Shown: piece after piece, positions 34,143 to 47,800 of the stretch
Numbering within the stretch: the stretch's first letter is position 1
How the letters are laid out: every line of letters begins with the position of its first letter
Source: Azolla caroliniana
Lineage: Eukaryota; Plantae; Polypodiophyta
Direction of reading: 5' to 3'
Assembly (NCBI GenBank): GCA_043228905.1
Contig: JBHGNT010000002.1
Coordinates: 16,988,001 to 17,052,000 of the forward strand
DNA: 64,000 bases
Made by a program: the position numbers and the translations under genes
The notes under the pieces: generated by a model
Database searches by the model: none
Told to the model about the DNA's origin: nothing
What the model saw: the letters and a program-made list of their open reading frames with translations, nothing else

Positions 34143-34776
34143 CATAGATTGACACAAGCGTGATATTCGTCATATTCTCCATGCGTGATATTCACAATAT
34201 TCGAAAATACGAAATGGCCCCAAGAATATTATAAAACCATTCGTTATACAAAATAAATATATAAAATATTGATTAATTCATTTTTTTATTTAAATAAATT
34301 TAATTCACTAATAAAAGAAGAATCATTCATTAATAGATTATAAACATATGATTAGCATTAACTCTCCTTTATAGTGTCTAATAAAAAATGAGGAAGTTTA
34401 TGAACCTTTATCTTAATTAAATTAATTTTTTTTTAAACGAATATTTGTATATTTATTATAGAAATATGATTAGTGTGAAGTCCAATTTTTAATGTCAAAA
34501 TAAAAATATCCATAAATTTTGAGAGAATAAAAAGGGAGGATTTAATGATCCTTTATTTTATTTTATTTATTTATTAAAAATAAAACGAATACTTTTATAT
34601 TTATTATAAAAATTTATTAGTGTCAAGTCCCTCTTTTAATGTCCTTTTTTATTGTCAAAGAGGGAGTTCTTGTACTCTTTTATTTTTGGGTTAAACGAAT
34701 ACTTGACCATGCATTCGTATTCGTATTCGTTTACATTCAAATGGAAAACCCCACGAATGCGAATATGTCAATTATG
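34143..34776. mobile_element. Non-autonomous hAT-type element (MITE)
   Basis: Imperfect TIRs CATAGATTGACA / TGTCAATTATG; exact 8-bp TSD ATTCCAAT (34135-34142 and 34777-34784); subterminal ACGAATA/TATTCGT motifs; AT-rich core. Confidence 0.85.
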
Positions 34777-35654
34777 ATTCCAATACGCTCTGTGGAACTA
34801 ATGGTGCAAGGCTCAATCAAGTGGGAAAATGTATGTTGGTTATCCAAACAAGCTCCAATTGACAGATACGAACATCATCAAGAGGGGATTTCGTTGGTGA
34901 TTAAGGCACGAGAGATCTCATTTTTTACCACTAACAATGTTCACTCAACCCACATCAATGCCAACGATCAAGTCGTGATGGAATTGGTCAACCCAAACAC
35001 TATGGATTATTTGGAAATAACATTGTAGGCAGGTCTTCTCCAATCAAACAATTCACCAAGAGACGCTATTGCAAGAGATATGGAGTGAAGTTATAGCCAT
35101 GCTAAAGAGTCAATATGATGGCATCATGGGCGGATCCGAAGGAGCTGAAAGATAACACTTAGCCTTTAGCCAGCAATAGTCGTCCTCTCCCTTTCTTCAA
35201 TCAGTGGGCCTCTACATAAGATGGAACTATCGAGCCCCTTTTGTGGTTTGTATATAACCTTCACAACTGTAAAATTTGATAACTAATGCAAGGAGTTTTT
35301 TGTTTTGGAAAAAAAAGTATGTATCAAAGGAAAAAGAACATCATCACTTGATAAAAATGAAACTTTTAGAAAACTCACAAGATTAGTCCAAATAAATGTT
35401 TTATAAGACAAAGCAAAAAATTGGTTGGCCAATGAGGTCCTAATACAAGAAATACATTGCATTGTACTGCCTATGGAAGATACTACAATGCATAAAATCT
35501 TGTGGATGGTGCAGTTTTCTTTCCTCCTCAAAACAAACATCTTGAGCTGTAAAATCAAACATATACAATATATCCCTAATTTTGCTCATAGGAATAAGAT
35601 GTTTTCTGTTTTTCTAGTTATTCACAACAATTAGTCCTTTTGAGTACATACAGA

Positions 35655-38600
35655 TTATGCTCCATCCAGTGGCAAAAATACAACAATTGCTGAGATATCA
35701 TCTGTTACACCGCGCTCTTGTCCAATCTTTATTAATTGTTTGGCAATCTCCTCTGAGGAATTCGATTCTCTACACAAAGGGTATCAAACCATTAGCTATA
35801 CAGAGAAGTTATAATCTTGGACCAAACATGTTCAAATACAATTTTCTGAATACAAAGCATGTTTCTTTTACATATTTTCTGTAAACAAAATATACCTTGC
35901 TGATCTGCATATGTCAACAGCTTCCTGATTTGGTATTTTTTCCCATAATCCATCAGTTCCTAGAATAATTAAATCATCCTCTGCATTACAAAACGCCCAA
36001 AAAAGAAACTGAGTTTTTATTGTGTAAAGGATCACTGCATTTTATACATAATTATAAAATACCAGACTCTAGTAAATATAACGGGGCTGCATTTTATGCA
36101 CAATTGTGATTTTAATCAAAATACCAGGACCCAGTGTCTCAACTGTCACATCGGGCTCAGCTGTGAGTCCATACCCTCCACGTGCACCATCGATCCTTCC
36201 ATCTGACCAACTACAGATTTTGCAATAAATAATTTTACAAGGAAAAGTACTATTCTTAACTCAATAAATATTAAGATTTTTAAGAAAATAATAAGGTCAT
36301 AAGTTCTTAAGCTATTTCATATTCATAAATGATATAAAACACCTTCTAGCATAAGGAAATTTTATGCGAATAAGACTTTCCAACAGAACTTAGAAGACAA
36401 CGACATCAATGAATTGTATACCAACTTTACAGAATAATTTTCTCGGCAATATGCCAGGTATGATACCTTCTGAATGGGAAATTTTACCACTCCAGAATTT
36501 TTTCATACTAACGAATATTCTAACAAATGCCCAATAGGTCATAAGTAATCTGTTGTTTCACCATTATGATGATCATAATGAAAACCGGGTTTGTATTTTT
36601 GACAGTATTTATCCAATATACACAATAACTGATACACTCAGTTGGAGGTGTAAAGATAAAGAATAAATTGAGAAAGAAAGACATACTGACGTCTTTAAAG
36701 AGGTAAAAATACGCTATAAATACAAAGAAGAGATTACATCTTAAAATGTTGTCTAGTTTCTCAGAACAAAAAGAAAGAGAGAAGGAAATATTGATGTCAT
36801 GGCCTATAAGATGAAAAAGAGAGTACACTTAAATGTTGCCTCGTCTTTGAAAACAACAAACAAAAGTAAATCTAATTAAATATAGGATACTAAAGAATCT
36901 AGCTATCAAAGCACTTCAGATTCTAAATGTAGATAGACTAAAATGTCTGCCTTTGAAAGATCTCAAACATGGGCCGCTGTACGATGGAGAGATATCCAAA
37001 GTGACAAAAGCACCTTTGATGTAGGGTGATAATAGCCTTTACTTTACACTGACATGAGTGAAAGGACAGTGTTCCAGATGGCCATTGCATGCATTGATAA
37101 CAAATTGCTATTGTCCAATCCATTGAGTTGAGACCCCACTCATGCAACCCTTGACTGATGGTCATGAAACTAAACAAAGTCGTTATTGTTCTTTAGATGA
37201 GATAAGCTAATGGGGCTGGATTGTTGTCCAACTTCTCTCTATCTCAAGGTCTAGCAAGAATAATACAACTGCCATTGGCCTTTGTATTCCATTACCTTTG
37301 GTGGTGGGAAAAAGCCTTATTTGAAGAGGCAACATCTTCCTTTTATTTCGTAAAAAGTTGCATATGGCAAACATAGTGTTCTTCTAATTTCACTCATCAA
37401 TGGCACAATTGCCAGACTCATTCTTCCCTATATTTGCCTGCATTACTTATCTCAATCTCTGACTGATGTGGAGAGGTCCTAAGCTGCCCTATCACAATAT
37501 AAACTGCATGAAATTGATGTGTAAACATATAAGAATGGCTGGTTATGAGTCTATATTGCGACATGGATAAAGATAATACCTTGCCATGGGCTATCTTCCT
37601 AGCAAGTCACGTTGTGTGGCTGATTCAATGTTTGCTCATTACCCAATTTAATGATATAAGTCAAATCAATCTTTTCTTCTCCACTTTGGCCTTGTTTGGG
37701 TGTGGATAATCTAAGTTATATTGGAACCATTCTTGCATATCAACAATGATTATTACAATGTTCAGCTAGCTGCTTCATAAGTTTCAGTCTTGAATACCTT
37801 TATTTAGAGAGCTGCCAAATCTATTGGATACTGGTCACTGATAAGAATAATGCCTCAATCACTATTGGGCATACTCAAACTTCCATCCAAATTATAGCAT
37901 GGGACACTAATGCTCTGCCCCTTATCATGTGAGCAATCATTGAGACAAATCTGCCCAACGTTGTGCCCCATGAAACCTCAATTCCCAAACTCCTACTTTG
38001 TAGGGATGGGTCTGTGTTACATGTGTATCAAACCACCACAATTTAATATGTGGTTCTTGGAACAGTATACATGCACACAAGAAAGTCAAGCACAAACAAC
38101 CTCCTGAAGAGAGAACGGAGGCCAGTGAATGTTACTTCTAGATATGTGTATGCTACCTTTTCCTCTCCCAAGAAGAATTAACGTTTGTTAGCCATACTTG
38201 AGAGGTGTGCAATCACTAAAGTTTTATCAAAGTTCAATGACAAATATTTTTATCTACAAAAATGACATTAAAGCATTTAAATATCTCTTGTTTGGGTCTT
38301 ATAGGCCATTGTAGCCTCCTAAAAGCCATTAACATTTCTTTCTTTCTTTCTTACTGGAGATTCAGATATCAGCATAATGTCATCAGATATAGTATAGCTA
38401 TCCCTGCCAAGCATGCTCTTGATATATTGGTCTGGATATGGGAAGGCTTTTATTTGTTGATGGTGAATATTTTGCAGTCTCAAAAGAAAGAAAGCTGATG
38501 AATATAAAGACCTATTCACTTTGAATAGATCCAAAAGGGATAGCCGGTTCAATCTATGCACTTGATGATTTATAATCAAATCATAATGCTACTTCAAGGA

Positions 38601-41600
38601 TAGAATTTCATGGTACATAAAATAATTTGGCATACACAAAAAATGGTATTGATAAAAGTTAGCTGTTATACTCTTTTAAATAGGCATCGCCAAATGCCCT
38701 CGAAAGTGCAAGCAGCCCTCCAACACGCCATGTACCTTCAACATTAATAACCTGGAAAAGGTGGTTTCTTGTCTTCATGTAATAACAAACATTTCTTGTT
38801 CAAAATATCATGTTGATACTACATTTTAAAATGCATATATAGATAGATAGATAGATAGATAGTTAGATAGTTAGATAGATAGATAGATAGATAGATACCT
38901 AAATATGCAAGCACTTGTCAGATAACAAGAAATATAGAATCAGATTATAAATATCTTATTAATATTGATGATTCAGACTTTTTCTATAAAAACTCAAAAG
39001 ACTAAATTTACCAATGGTTTTTTGGGGGTCGGGTTCTTAGCCTCAATTCTTTTTCTTTCTGCTTCAACATTGGGCTGTAATACAAAAACACTTTTTAGGA
39101 TATACATAATAGACCAACAGCCTATTAGTGACAACTTGTAAATTTAAAACAGCCTAGAGATATGAATCAACCATGCGTCTATTTTCAATTGCATTCACAT
39201 AATGGAAAACATTGACCTGTGTGATGAACCACACCCTTCAGAAAACATGTGAATAACTCTTACTGATTATAAAAACAATTCAAAGTCATGTTAACAATAC
39301 TCGGGAGTTCGGAAACTTCCTGTTAGCCAGTTTTGAAAATTTACCTTATGGTCAAATGAAAGTTGTATGGCTTGTCCTGCCCGCGACAATACAATACGTG
39401 CATCCCCAACATTAGCAGCTACTAATTGCTGCTTACCATCTGAGAACAAATTGTATGTTTAACACTTAATTGTGATACAACGACAATTCCCTGAAATTTA
39501 ATATCAACTCCCTTAATGGTGGATTAACAGCCAACATATTATCTGTACCTTGTAAAGGAAAAAGAACAACTGTAGCTGCTGTGGCACCACAACGGGATCC
39601 TCCTACCCCCCTTTCCCGTAAAGCTCCAAGGAAACCCTTGGGTTGAGCCTGATGAAACAACAACAAAATAGAAATAATTAACACAGAAAATTATTGTAAT
39701 AGTATAAATTTTATAACACTATTAATTTCAAGGTTACCAAGGTCAAGACGTCAAATTCTAGATATGCGGAAATGGTTGATGTGATTGGATCAGATGCTGA
39801 ACAAAAGTAGATGTTGTAAGTCCCCAAGTTATTGCAACTTATATCTTAGTTTCAATTAAAGATAATAAATGGTCTTCTGTGAAGAAATTAAGCATAAAAA
39901 TCTGTTTATAAGATAGAGAAAACAAACAAATGGAAGAGAATTTCCGATTCGGAAAAACTAAAACACTTGAATTTTTCTTTATTTCCCCAAACGACCTAGA
40001 GTTTTTTTAGTTAGAAGAAGTGTTAAGGCTCTTTGAGAGCCAAGGCTCATGGGGGTAATAAAATGCGGTTGGATACGTTCTAGCATTTTTACCTTGTACT
40101 GGGCCCAACATTGAGGGTTAACATTTGCAATGTAATATTCCAATTTTGACATTTCAGCTTCTTGCCATTTCATCCTTAGTGCCCCTAGTAATCTATCCTT
40201 GATTGTCGCATATTTCATAGCATCACCTGAGAGCTCCAATAGATATTTTACACCCATCTTTTAAACCATTTCATTACGTCAAGCACTCAGCCAAAAGAGA
40301 AGATTTTGCTCCTATTCTTTTTTTGTACTTTGCATCCTATGTTCCAAGCAGTTTTGGCAATCTGTGATCAGGCATATTCTTGACCTTTGTGATACACTTG
40401 TATACCCTTTGCCTGACTAGCATCTATATGGGCCGAGCACCTGTTTCTATTAGCACAACACGATAGGCTGTTGAGGATTTAATTCCCAATTTTCTCCCAT
40501 TTCCAAGTTATCAAGAAAGAAACTTCAACTTAAACAATGTATTTTACACTCAAAACAATTCAATTTCCAGATTCAAATTTTTGTTGGTGCCAAAAACGCA
40601 TATGTATGTTCTTGAGGAAAATGATGCAGAAAAATTATTTATATAATGCTGAATTCACAATGCAGATGAAATTGCAAACCTGCCTGAAAGACGCTTTTTG
40701 TAAGAATCCCAAAAGTTATCCTTCAACATCCTACACACATGTCAATATAAAACATGAGTACCAAAAATTATTCTCAGCTAAAGTTTGATGTTAGTTTCCG
40801 AAACATATTTCATTATGTTTTCGAAATATTTTCAAAAAGCACCAGAGATATGATATTATTTAATTTTCTTCAAATTGAATTTCCATCTCAAGTATGAAGT
40901 ATCAATCACATAAAATCCTTGATGCATCAAATCTGTTTCAACATTTTGATAAGTCAAATTTGAAGGAGAAATTATTCAATAGTCAAAAAAGTTATACATT
41001 TGGTTGTCCTATGCAATCAATTTCAAAATTTCCTTGTTTATTTATCTGATAAGCTCTCAACTACAAGGTTTGAATGTTGAAAAACCAAAACCACATACTC
41101 TGCAACTGCAATTCCTCCATGTCCATCAAAAACACCAAAAAAGGATGGATCAGAGCCCTTTGCATCAATAACAACATTATATGTGTCCTCCATAGTTGGT
41201 CTGCCTGTGCCTTGCATTGCTGCAGCTCCTATTCTGACATATAAATAAATGAAATCAAACAGATGATAGAGAATAGGAAACTGGAGGTTTTGGATAAAGA
41301 TTTAGTAATAACGCACAACACATGCAAACTGCATATGCTGTGTAAAAGAATGATAGAAAAAATCAAAATAACATTGACAATCATTTATGTTGAGAAAGGC
41401 ATCAACAACAATTCCAACAAGATAACTAATATAACAGAGAGAAATAGAGCACAGGGGATTTGAATAGCTCAAAGTTCTGATGGCTTCAAGTTTAATGAGC
41501 TAAGAAGTAAGTGGGTTCCAAAAAACGGGTCTAAAAAGCCAAATATTATGAAAATTTAAGATTGTAAACAACATTTACAATTTATGTTCAATCATCTTTA

Positions 41601-44600
41601 ATAAAATAGTATATATATTTCTTTACCGAGACCGTACCATGCTTGCCTGAACTAAATATTCAAATTTGTCATATAGTAATTTTCGGAAATATAAGAATTG
41701 AACAAAACAAATCTCCTTTTACCGCAACCACGCAGCAAAAACACTGCAAATGTCATTAGAATTTCTGATCTAGTATTTCATATGTACCTCTTTTGTAGCA
41801 AAAGAGTACAGTTGGTTGTTAATGTCCATTTAGCAGATGACTTATTTCTTGCTGCTGAAACATCAAAAATTATACACAATCAATTTTGGTTAGCACAAAA
41901 ACTCACTAAAAGAAAACTCTCGTCATATGGGTTATGTACCTGGTGATAAGCATATTTTTAGAAACCCATTGACTGGTTTCAAAATCCCACCAATTACTAC
42001 AATTTTCTAGGTGACCTTGCAGAATGGAGGTATTAAAAGGCGTGAACTTTTGGTCAACATAGGTTCAGCCTGTCTCTCAACACACATGATCCTTTTATTG
42101 TTCATCATAATTTCAACACACGCTTGCATAGTTCAAGCCACCTGGTTTAGGTACAGTTTACTTTTGCTTTACTTTATCAAATATTCTTTAGAATTCACGA
42201 GGGTGTAACTTTTTGTTTTCAGGAAGATAGTGAGACTTAGATAACAGGATGGCTCAAGCATGGCTGAGCCCCTGAATGCCTTCCGAGGATTGATCAATCC
42301 GACCACCTCTCTAGAAGTACCTTTAGCCGACGAGGTACTGGCATTGCTACTGCTGGGATCCCTCCCGGACAGCTGGGAAATGCTCATGGTGACCCTGGGT
42401 AACTCAGGACTATGTAAGGGAAGCAGCTGTCCCTAGAGATGGTGAAGTTGAGCTTACTGAATGAAGAAGCTCACGGGAAGGACAAAGAATCCATCTCTGA
42501 TCATAAGGCCCTAGTCACAGAAGGTGACTCCAACAGAGGAAGGGGCCAGCAGAGAAGTCCACAGAACAAGGACAGGTCCAGACCAAGGTCGAAGTCGAAG
42601 GGGAGGCTGACCTCAACAGGCTGCAGAATGATGCTAAAAGATGTGCGCCATGTTCCGTATATCAAATTGAATCTGATATTAGCCGAACGGCTAGATGATA
42701 AAGATTACAGTGGTAACTTCTAAAATGGCACGTAGAAATTCTGCAAAGGAAGCTTGATAGTGGCTCGAGCTTACAAGAAAAATACATTATATGGCATGCA
42801 TGCACGGCTGAGCCAGAACGGGGTAAATGTGGCAGCCGACACAACTAGCGAGTTGTGGCATAAGAGGCTATGCCAGATGAGTCAAAAGGGCATGCAGATG
42901 CTAGCCGGAAAAGAACTCTTGCCGGAGGTGAAGAACATGCATCTGGACAAATGCGTTGACTGTCTGGCCGGTAAGCAGAACAGGGCCGTCTTTCGCCCTA
43001 GGCTTCCGATGAGGAGGAAGAACGCTCTAGAACTTGTGCATACAGACGTATGCTATGTTGATACGAAGTCACATGCTGGTGCACAATATTGTGACCTTCA
43101 TAGATGATTATAGCCGGAAGTTGTGGGTTTTCGTGCTGAAGACAAAGGACCAGGTGTTGTCTATCTTCAAAGAGTTTCAGGCGAGAGCGGAAAGGGAATC
43201 CGGACGAAAGTTGAAGGCCGTCCGGACAGACAATGAAAGGGGAGTATAGAGGGCAGTTCGAAGAATACTGCCGATCACAAGGCATCCGGCTGGAGTATAC
43301 AGTGCCGAAGACTCTGGAACTAAACGGAATGGCCGAGAGGATGAACCGGACAGTGATGGACAGAGTCCGATGTATGTTGGCACATGCGATGTTGCTGAAA
43401 ACCTTTTGGGCTGAGGCATTGATGACGGTTGCTTACTTAATAAATAGGTCTCCCTTAGTGCCCTTAGATGGTGATATCCCACAGATAGTGTCGACCGGCA
43501 AAGATGTGTCATACCGGCATCTAAGGGTGTTTGATTGCCTTTCATATGTGCATGTTGCCAAGGACCAGAGGGGAAATTTGGATCATAAGAGCTGGTCATG
43601 TATCTTCTTGGGGTACGGCGAAGATGAATTCGGCTACTAGTTGTGGGACCTGATTGACAAAAAGGTCATCAAGAGTCGAGACATAGTTTTAATGGAAGAA
43701 AAGACTATTGCCGATTGGGAGACAGAGAAGACGAGATCATCCTCCCAGCTGATCGGAAGAGAACAGCCGGATAAGATACGCACTCAGCTGGCTGGAAGCC
43801 GGATGTTAGCTGAAGAACACAATGGGCCAGCCGGATTGGCCAGATCCGGACAAGGAGCCAAATCGGCCGAAAGGCATCCATACATCAGATCTGGACTGGG
43901 AGCCGGGTCGTCCGGAAGGCAACCGGTTGAACAAGAATCTGAATCGGACTCAGATTGAGGTACTGGCAGAAGAGAATGATGCAGAGCCAACTGATGAAAG
44001 TCAAGGCAAGAGATGCCCCCTAAGAAACAGAAGGGGCCCCCCGAAGATTTCCGGAAAAAGAATATATTCTCTTAACTGATGAAGGGGAGAACCACGCATG
44101 AACTGACCGAGTTGCCAGAAGGTAAGAAGGCGCTCCGCAATAAGTGGGTCTACAAATTGAAGCCAAGAGAAATCGGAAATCCACCCAAATTCAAAGCCCA
44201 CATTGTGATGAAGGGCTTCCAGCAGAAAAAGGGTGTAGATTTTGACGAAATATTTGCCCCGGTAATAAAGATGACATCCATCAGAACAGTGTTGAGCATT
44301 GCGGCTAGCATAAAGTTACAGATAGAGCAGTTGGATGTCAAGATCGCATTCCTGCATGGAGGTCTAGAGGAAGAGATCTACATGCAACAACCTGAAGGTT
44401 TTGTAGAGGAAGGAAAGGAAAACTTGGTATGCCGGTTGAAGAAGAGCTTGTATGAGCAGAAGCAAGCGCCCCGACAATGGTACTGGAAATTTGAATCTTC
44501 ATGGTAGAACACGGCTTCAACAAGACACATGCCGACCACTGTGTTTCATGAAGATTATGACGGAGGAGATTTCCTTATCCACCTGTTGTATGTTGATGAC

Positions 44601-47284
44601 ATGTTGATTGTCGGACAGGACCTAAAGAAAATGATAAGCTTGAAAAGGGCCTTGAGCAAGTCATTTGCAATGAAGGATATGGGTTCGGCTAAGCAAATTC
44701 TGGGTATGCACATTGTCAGAGACAATACAAAGAGGTTGTTGTGGCTGTCATAAGAGAAATATGTACTAGGCCGGAGATTAGGTATGTTGTCGGAATGGTC
44801 AGCCGGTTCATGAGCAATCCTAGCAAGGAACACTGGGCGGCGGTTAAGTGGATACTCAGATACCTGACAGGCACCTCAAGTGTATGCCTCACATACTGCT
44901 TAGGTAACCCCATGCTAGAAGGGTTTACGAACTCTGATATGTCGGCTGATGTTGATACTAGCCGGTCCACGTCCGGGTACGTGATGACATACACATGGGG
45001 AGCTATCTCTTGGCAGTCGAGATTGCAAAAGGTTATGGTTCTGTCGACCACACAAGCTGAGTATATGGTTGTCATCGAAGCTGCCAAGGAAACCATATAG
45101 ACGAGAGATTTCATCAGTGAGTTCAGAATGAAGCAAGAACAATTCCTACTGCACTGCGACAATCAAAGTGCCATCCACCTTGCTAAGAATGCCGCCTATC
45201 ACTCGAGAACTAAGCATATCTAGCGGAGATACCATTGGCTTAAAGAGAGGTTAGAAGAAAAGGATTTTGTCCTGGTAAAGATCCACACAGATGACAACGG
45301 ATCGGACATGCTGACCAAAGCGCTGCCAACGGACAAGCTGAATGCATGCTGGCAAAGAGTAGGTCTGCTGAATTACCCCATCCCGGAGTGAAGTGGGAGT
45401 TTGTTGGGATAATTGGTCCCTCCGGATAGGATGAGTTGGAGAGCCAAATCGGATGAAGGCCGGCTAAGAGCCGGAAGTCGATTAGGCCGTAGCCGATTTA
45501 GGGTTAGGTTTAAGTAGCCCATACTTTTGTATAAGTATAAATACACCTAGGGCAATCACAATGTATTATGATCATTGTCAATGTTGACAGTGTGTGAGCG
45601 TGTATGTACACGAAGTATTAGAGAGGGTGCAAAGTAAGACAAAGACAAGCTCGAGGTCATTGCCTTTGAGTCTCTTGTATATCTCACGATTTAGTCATTC
45701 TGTTCGGAGTTTGTGGACTCCCGTGGTTTGTCCCCATTCAAGGTTTCCATGTTAATATCTCGTGTCTCTGTGTCTGTGCATTTTCTGTTTTCAGTTGCTT
45801 CAGTTATTGTCTTTCTCATTGTCCTTATTCTAGCTTGAGAACCGGTTGTGGCCAGTCCTGTATTATAACACATGGCTCACGCCCACATGAATCCACCTTT
45901 TTTACTCCACAAAATGTAAGAAATGCCATTGATTGGTTCCAATTTAGGAAGGCCCCGGATCATGATGGATTGGGTGGTGAGCACTTTACTATGCCTGTTA
46001 CATCTTGGTCCCATTGCTAGGACACATCTTGGTTCCAATTTAGGAAGGCCCAGGATCATGATGGATTGGGTGGTGAGCACTTTACTATGCATGTTACCTC
46101 TTGGTCCCATTGCTAGGACACATCTTTAATAGAGCTATGTGTGAAGCTTTCCCTACTAGATTTGACAGAACATACCATTGTGCTAATCCTCAAGAGTGGA
46201 GACCCCATGATGCCGACAAAATATAGGACAATCATGATTGGCCATTACTTGGCTAAACTATATGGCTTGATCCTAGGGTCAGAATTGAGTGTATGGGCAG
46301 AGTGAAATGGTCGCTGTTCAGATGGACAGGCAAGCTTTTGGAAGAGGTTAGCAACTTTTGATCACGTATTGACCCCCTCCACGCCCTTCTCGAGGAGGGC
46401 AAAGCCAACGATAAGGGGATTTATTGATGCTTTGCGGATTTCCAAAAAGCCATTGACAATGTGCATTGTGCTCGGCTTATGCAATGGCTAAAAGCCTCTG
46501 GTGTCCCTATATATATGCAATGGGGAATCTATGCAATTTATAAATCCATGTTAGGAAAAGTGTGGTCTCCCAATGGTTTGTCAGAGGTGGTGGATAGCAT
46601 CTGAAGAGCACTACATTTGTCACTGTATTGTTCTTTATTAAATAAGAGGGAGATACCATTGCTTCTTTGACCAAGGCTCGGGTCCACTATGCAAAGTAAT
46701 AGAATACAAGCACCGACAGTACTTGGGGCTGTTCTTGCTAGAACTCAAGAGACATAGGGATAAGTTGTTGTTGGACAACAATACAACCATACAAGCTCAT
46801 CAATAAAAGAACAATCACCACTTCCTTTAGCCCCATCATGCCTACTCATTCTACACATCCATCAAGGGCTACACAAGTGGGCTCCTGACCAGGACATTGC
46901 AAAGGGGTTGTATAGATTACCCTAGTTATTTTTATTTTGTTTGCTGTTTGGTCTTATGTATGCCATTTTGGCGTCTTAAAAGACGTTAATATATCTTTCT
47001 TTCTTCATTATTTCTTTCTCTGAATCTGGTATATACACTTACTTGGACTAACCAAAGACTTTTTCAAGAAGCAAAAGCTCTTTGTTGATCCAGACAAAAA
47101 AGCAGAGGAATATGTGATTGTTGAATGGGAGCTGCCCTGCTAAGAGCAACAGCAACAAACATGAAGAAGAGAATGAGATCACAAGCAGCGCAGGCAAAGT
47201 ATATGATAAGAATCTGAGGAAAGAAAGAAGAAAAGAGTGAGTTTCTGTATCAATTACCGGAGCAGCAACGAGAGGGGAACACAT
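35655..47284 (-). CDS. PP2C (PPM) protein phosphatase, about 350 aa, probably plastid-targeted
   Basis: Exons in frame: 47284-47258, 47136-47043, 41854-41788, 41233-41099, 40730-40684, 39796-39738, 39648-39549, 39439-39345, 39074-39012, 38751-38672, 36210-36125, 35980-35896, 35769-35655. Motifs RPTMED, FGVFDGHGG, ANVGDAR, DHKP, LSRAFGD, GTDGLW, DDIS. The first three exons are less certain. Confidence 0.9.
36670..38350 (-). mobile_element. LINE 3' fragments in a PP2C intron
   Basis: Two tandem family 3' ends at 36670-36900, decayed ORF2 up to about 38270, and an opposite-strand 3' end with TTTC tail at 38280-38350. Confidence 0.75.
38840..38897. repeat. (GATA)n microsatellite
   Basis: AGATAGATAG... 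array. Confidence 0.9.
39980..40440 (-). mobile_element. LINE ORF2 fragment in a PP2C intron
   Basis: MPDHRLPK-like and LLELSGDAMKYATIKDRLL segments, shared with 1780-1925. Confidence 0.6.
42220..45870 (+). mobile_element. 5'-truncated, internally deleted Ty1/copia (Tnt1/Tork-like) in PP2C intron 2, antisense to the gene
   Basis: gag LLLGSLPDSW, LWHKRL, IN FIDDYSRK, RT ALRNKWVYKLK and LYVDDMLI, RH STTQAEY; PPT GAAGTGGGAG; 3' LTR 45402-45870 (TG...CA); no 5' LTR found. Confidence 0.9.
45871..47020 (+). mobile_element. LINE RT fragment with family 3' end; includes a 96-bp tandem duplication (45933-46124)
   Basis: RKAPDHDG, PILKSGD-like and DFQKAID RT motifs; ends ...GGCGTCTTAAAAGACGTTAATATATC(TTTC)n. 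Confidence 0.8.
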
Positions 47285-47719
47285 GACACTGCAAAATTAC
47301 GCAATGGGAACGAATTGGATGGATAGATAGATAAGAGATTGCGTGTCTCTGTGTGTGTGTGTGTGAGAGGAGCAGAGAGAGTGTGGGAGCGCCATCAGCG
47401 CCTTGTATCCTTTGCCACGTGGCGTTCCCTGCACATCCGAGAGATGAGAACCCTAGGATCTCATCATCCACTCTTCCTTCTTCTTCCTCTTCCCTTGCCT
47501 CATTCATTCATCTCTACCTACTCTGCACACACGCACACAAATAAAGATATATATACATATTATACATACATACATACATATTTGTATGTATATTCATGTA
47601 TTTTAAGAGGCCAAAATTGGCCTATAAGACCAAACAAGAAGAGGGAGAGAGAGAGCATTTGGATGCATTCTAACCCCTACATTCCCCTGTGGCATCTAGT
47701 AAATTAAGAGAATATGGTG

Positions 47720-47800
47720 TAATAGAGAGGTGAGATAATTGGGTCTTGAACACAAGACCTGGCGCTAGAAGTCTAGTCTAACACCTTACCACTAGGGTAA
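47720..47800 (-). other. tRNA-like (SINE head) remnant upstream of PP2C
   Basis: Minus strand shows A-box-like TAGTGGTAAGG and B-box-like GTTCAAGACC at tRNA spacing. Confidence 0.35.

Noticed and set aside
34639-35028. 129-aa ORF
   Set aside because: Begins inside the hAT MITE and has no recognisable motif
47250-47707. ORFs at the PP2C 5' end (47250-47507, 47339-47707)
   Set aside because: Low-complexity promoter/5' UTR sequence with microsatellites
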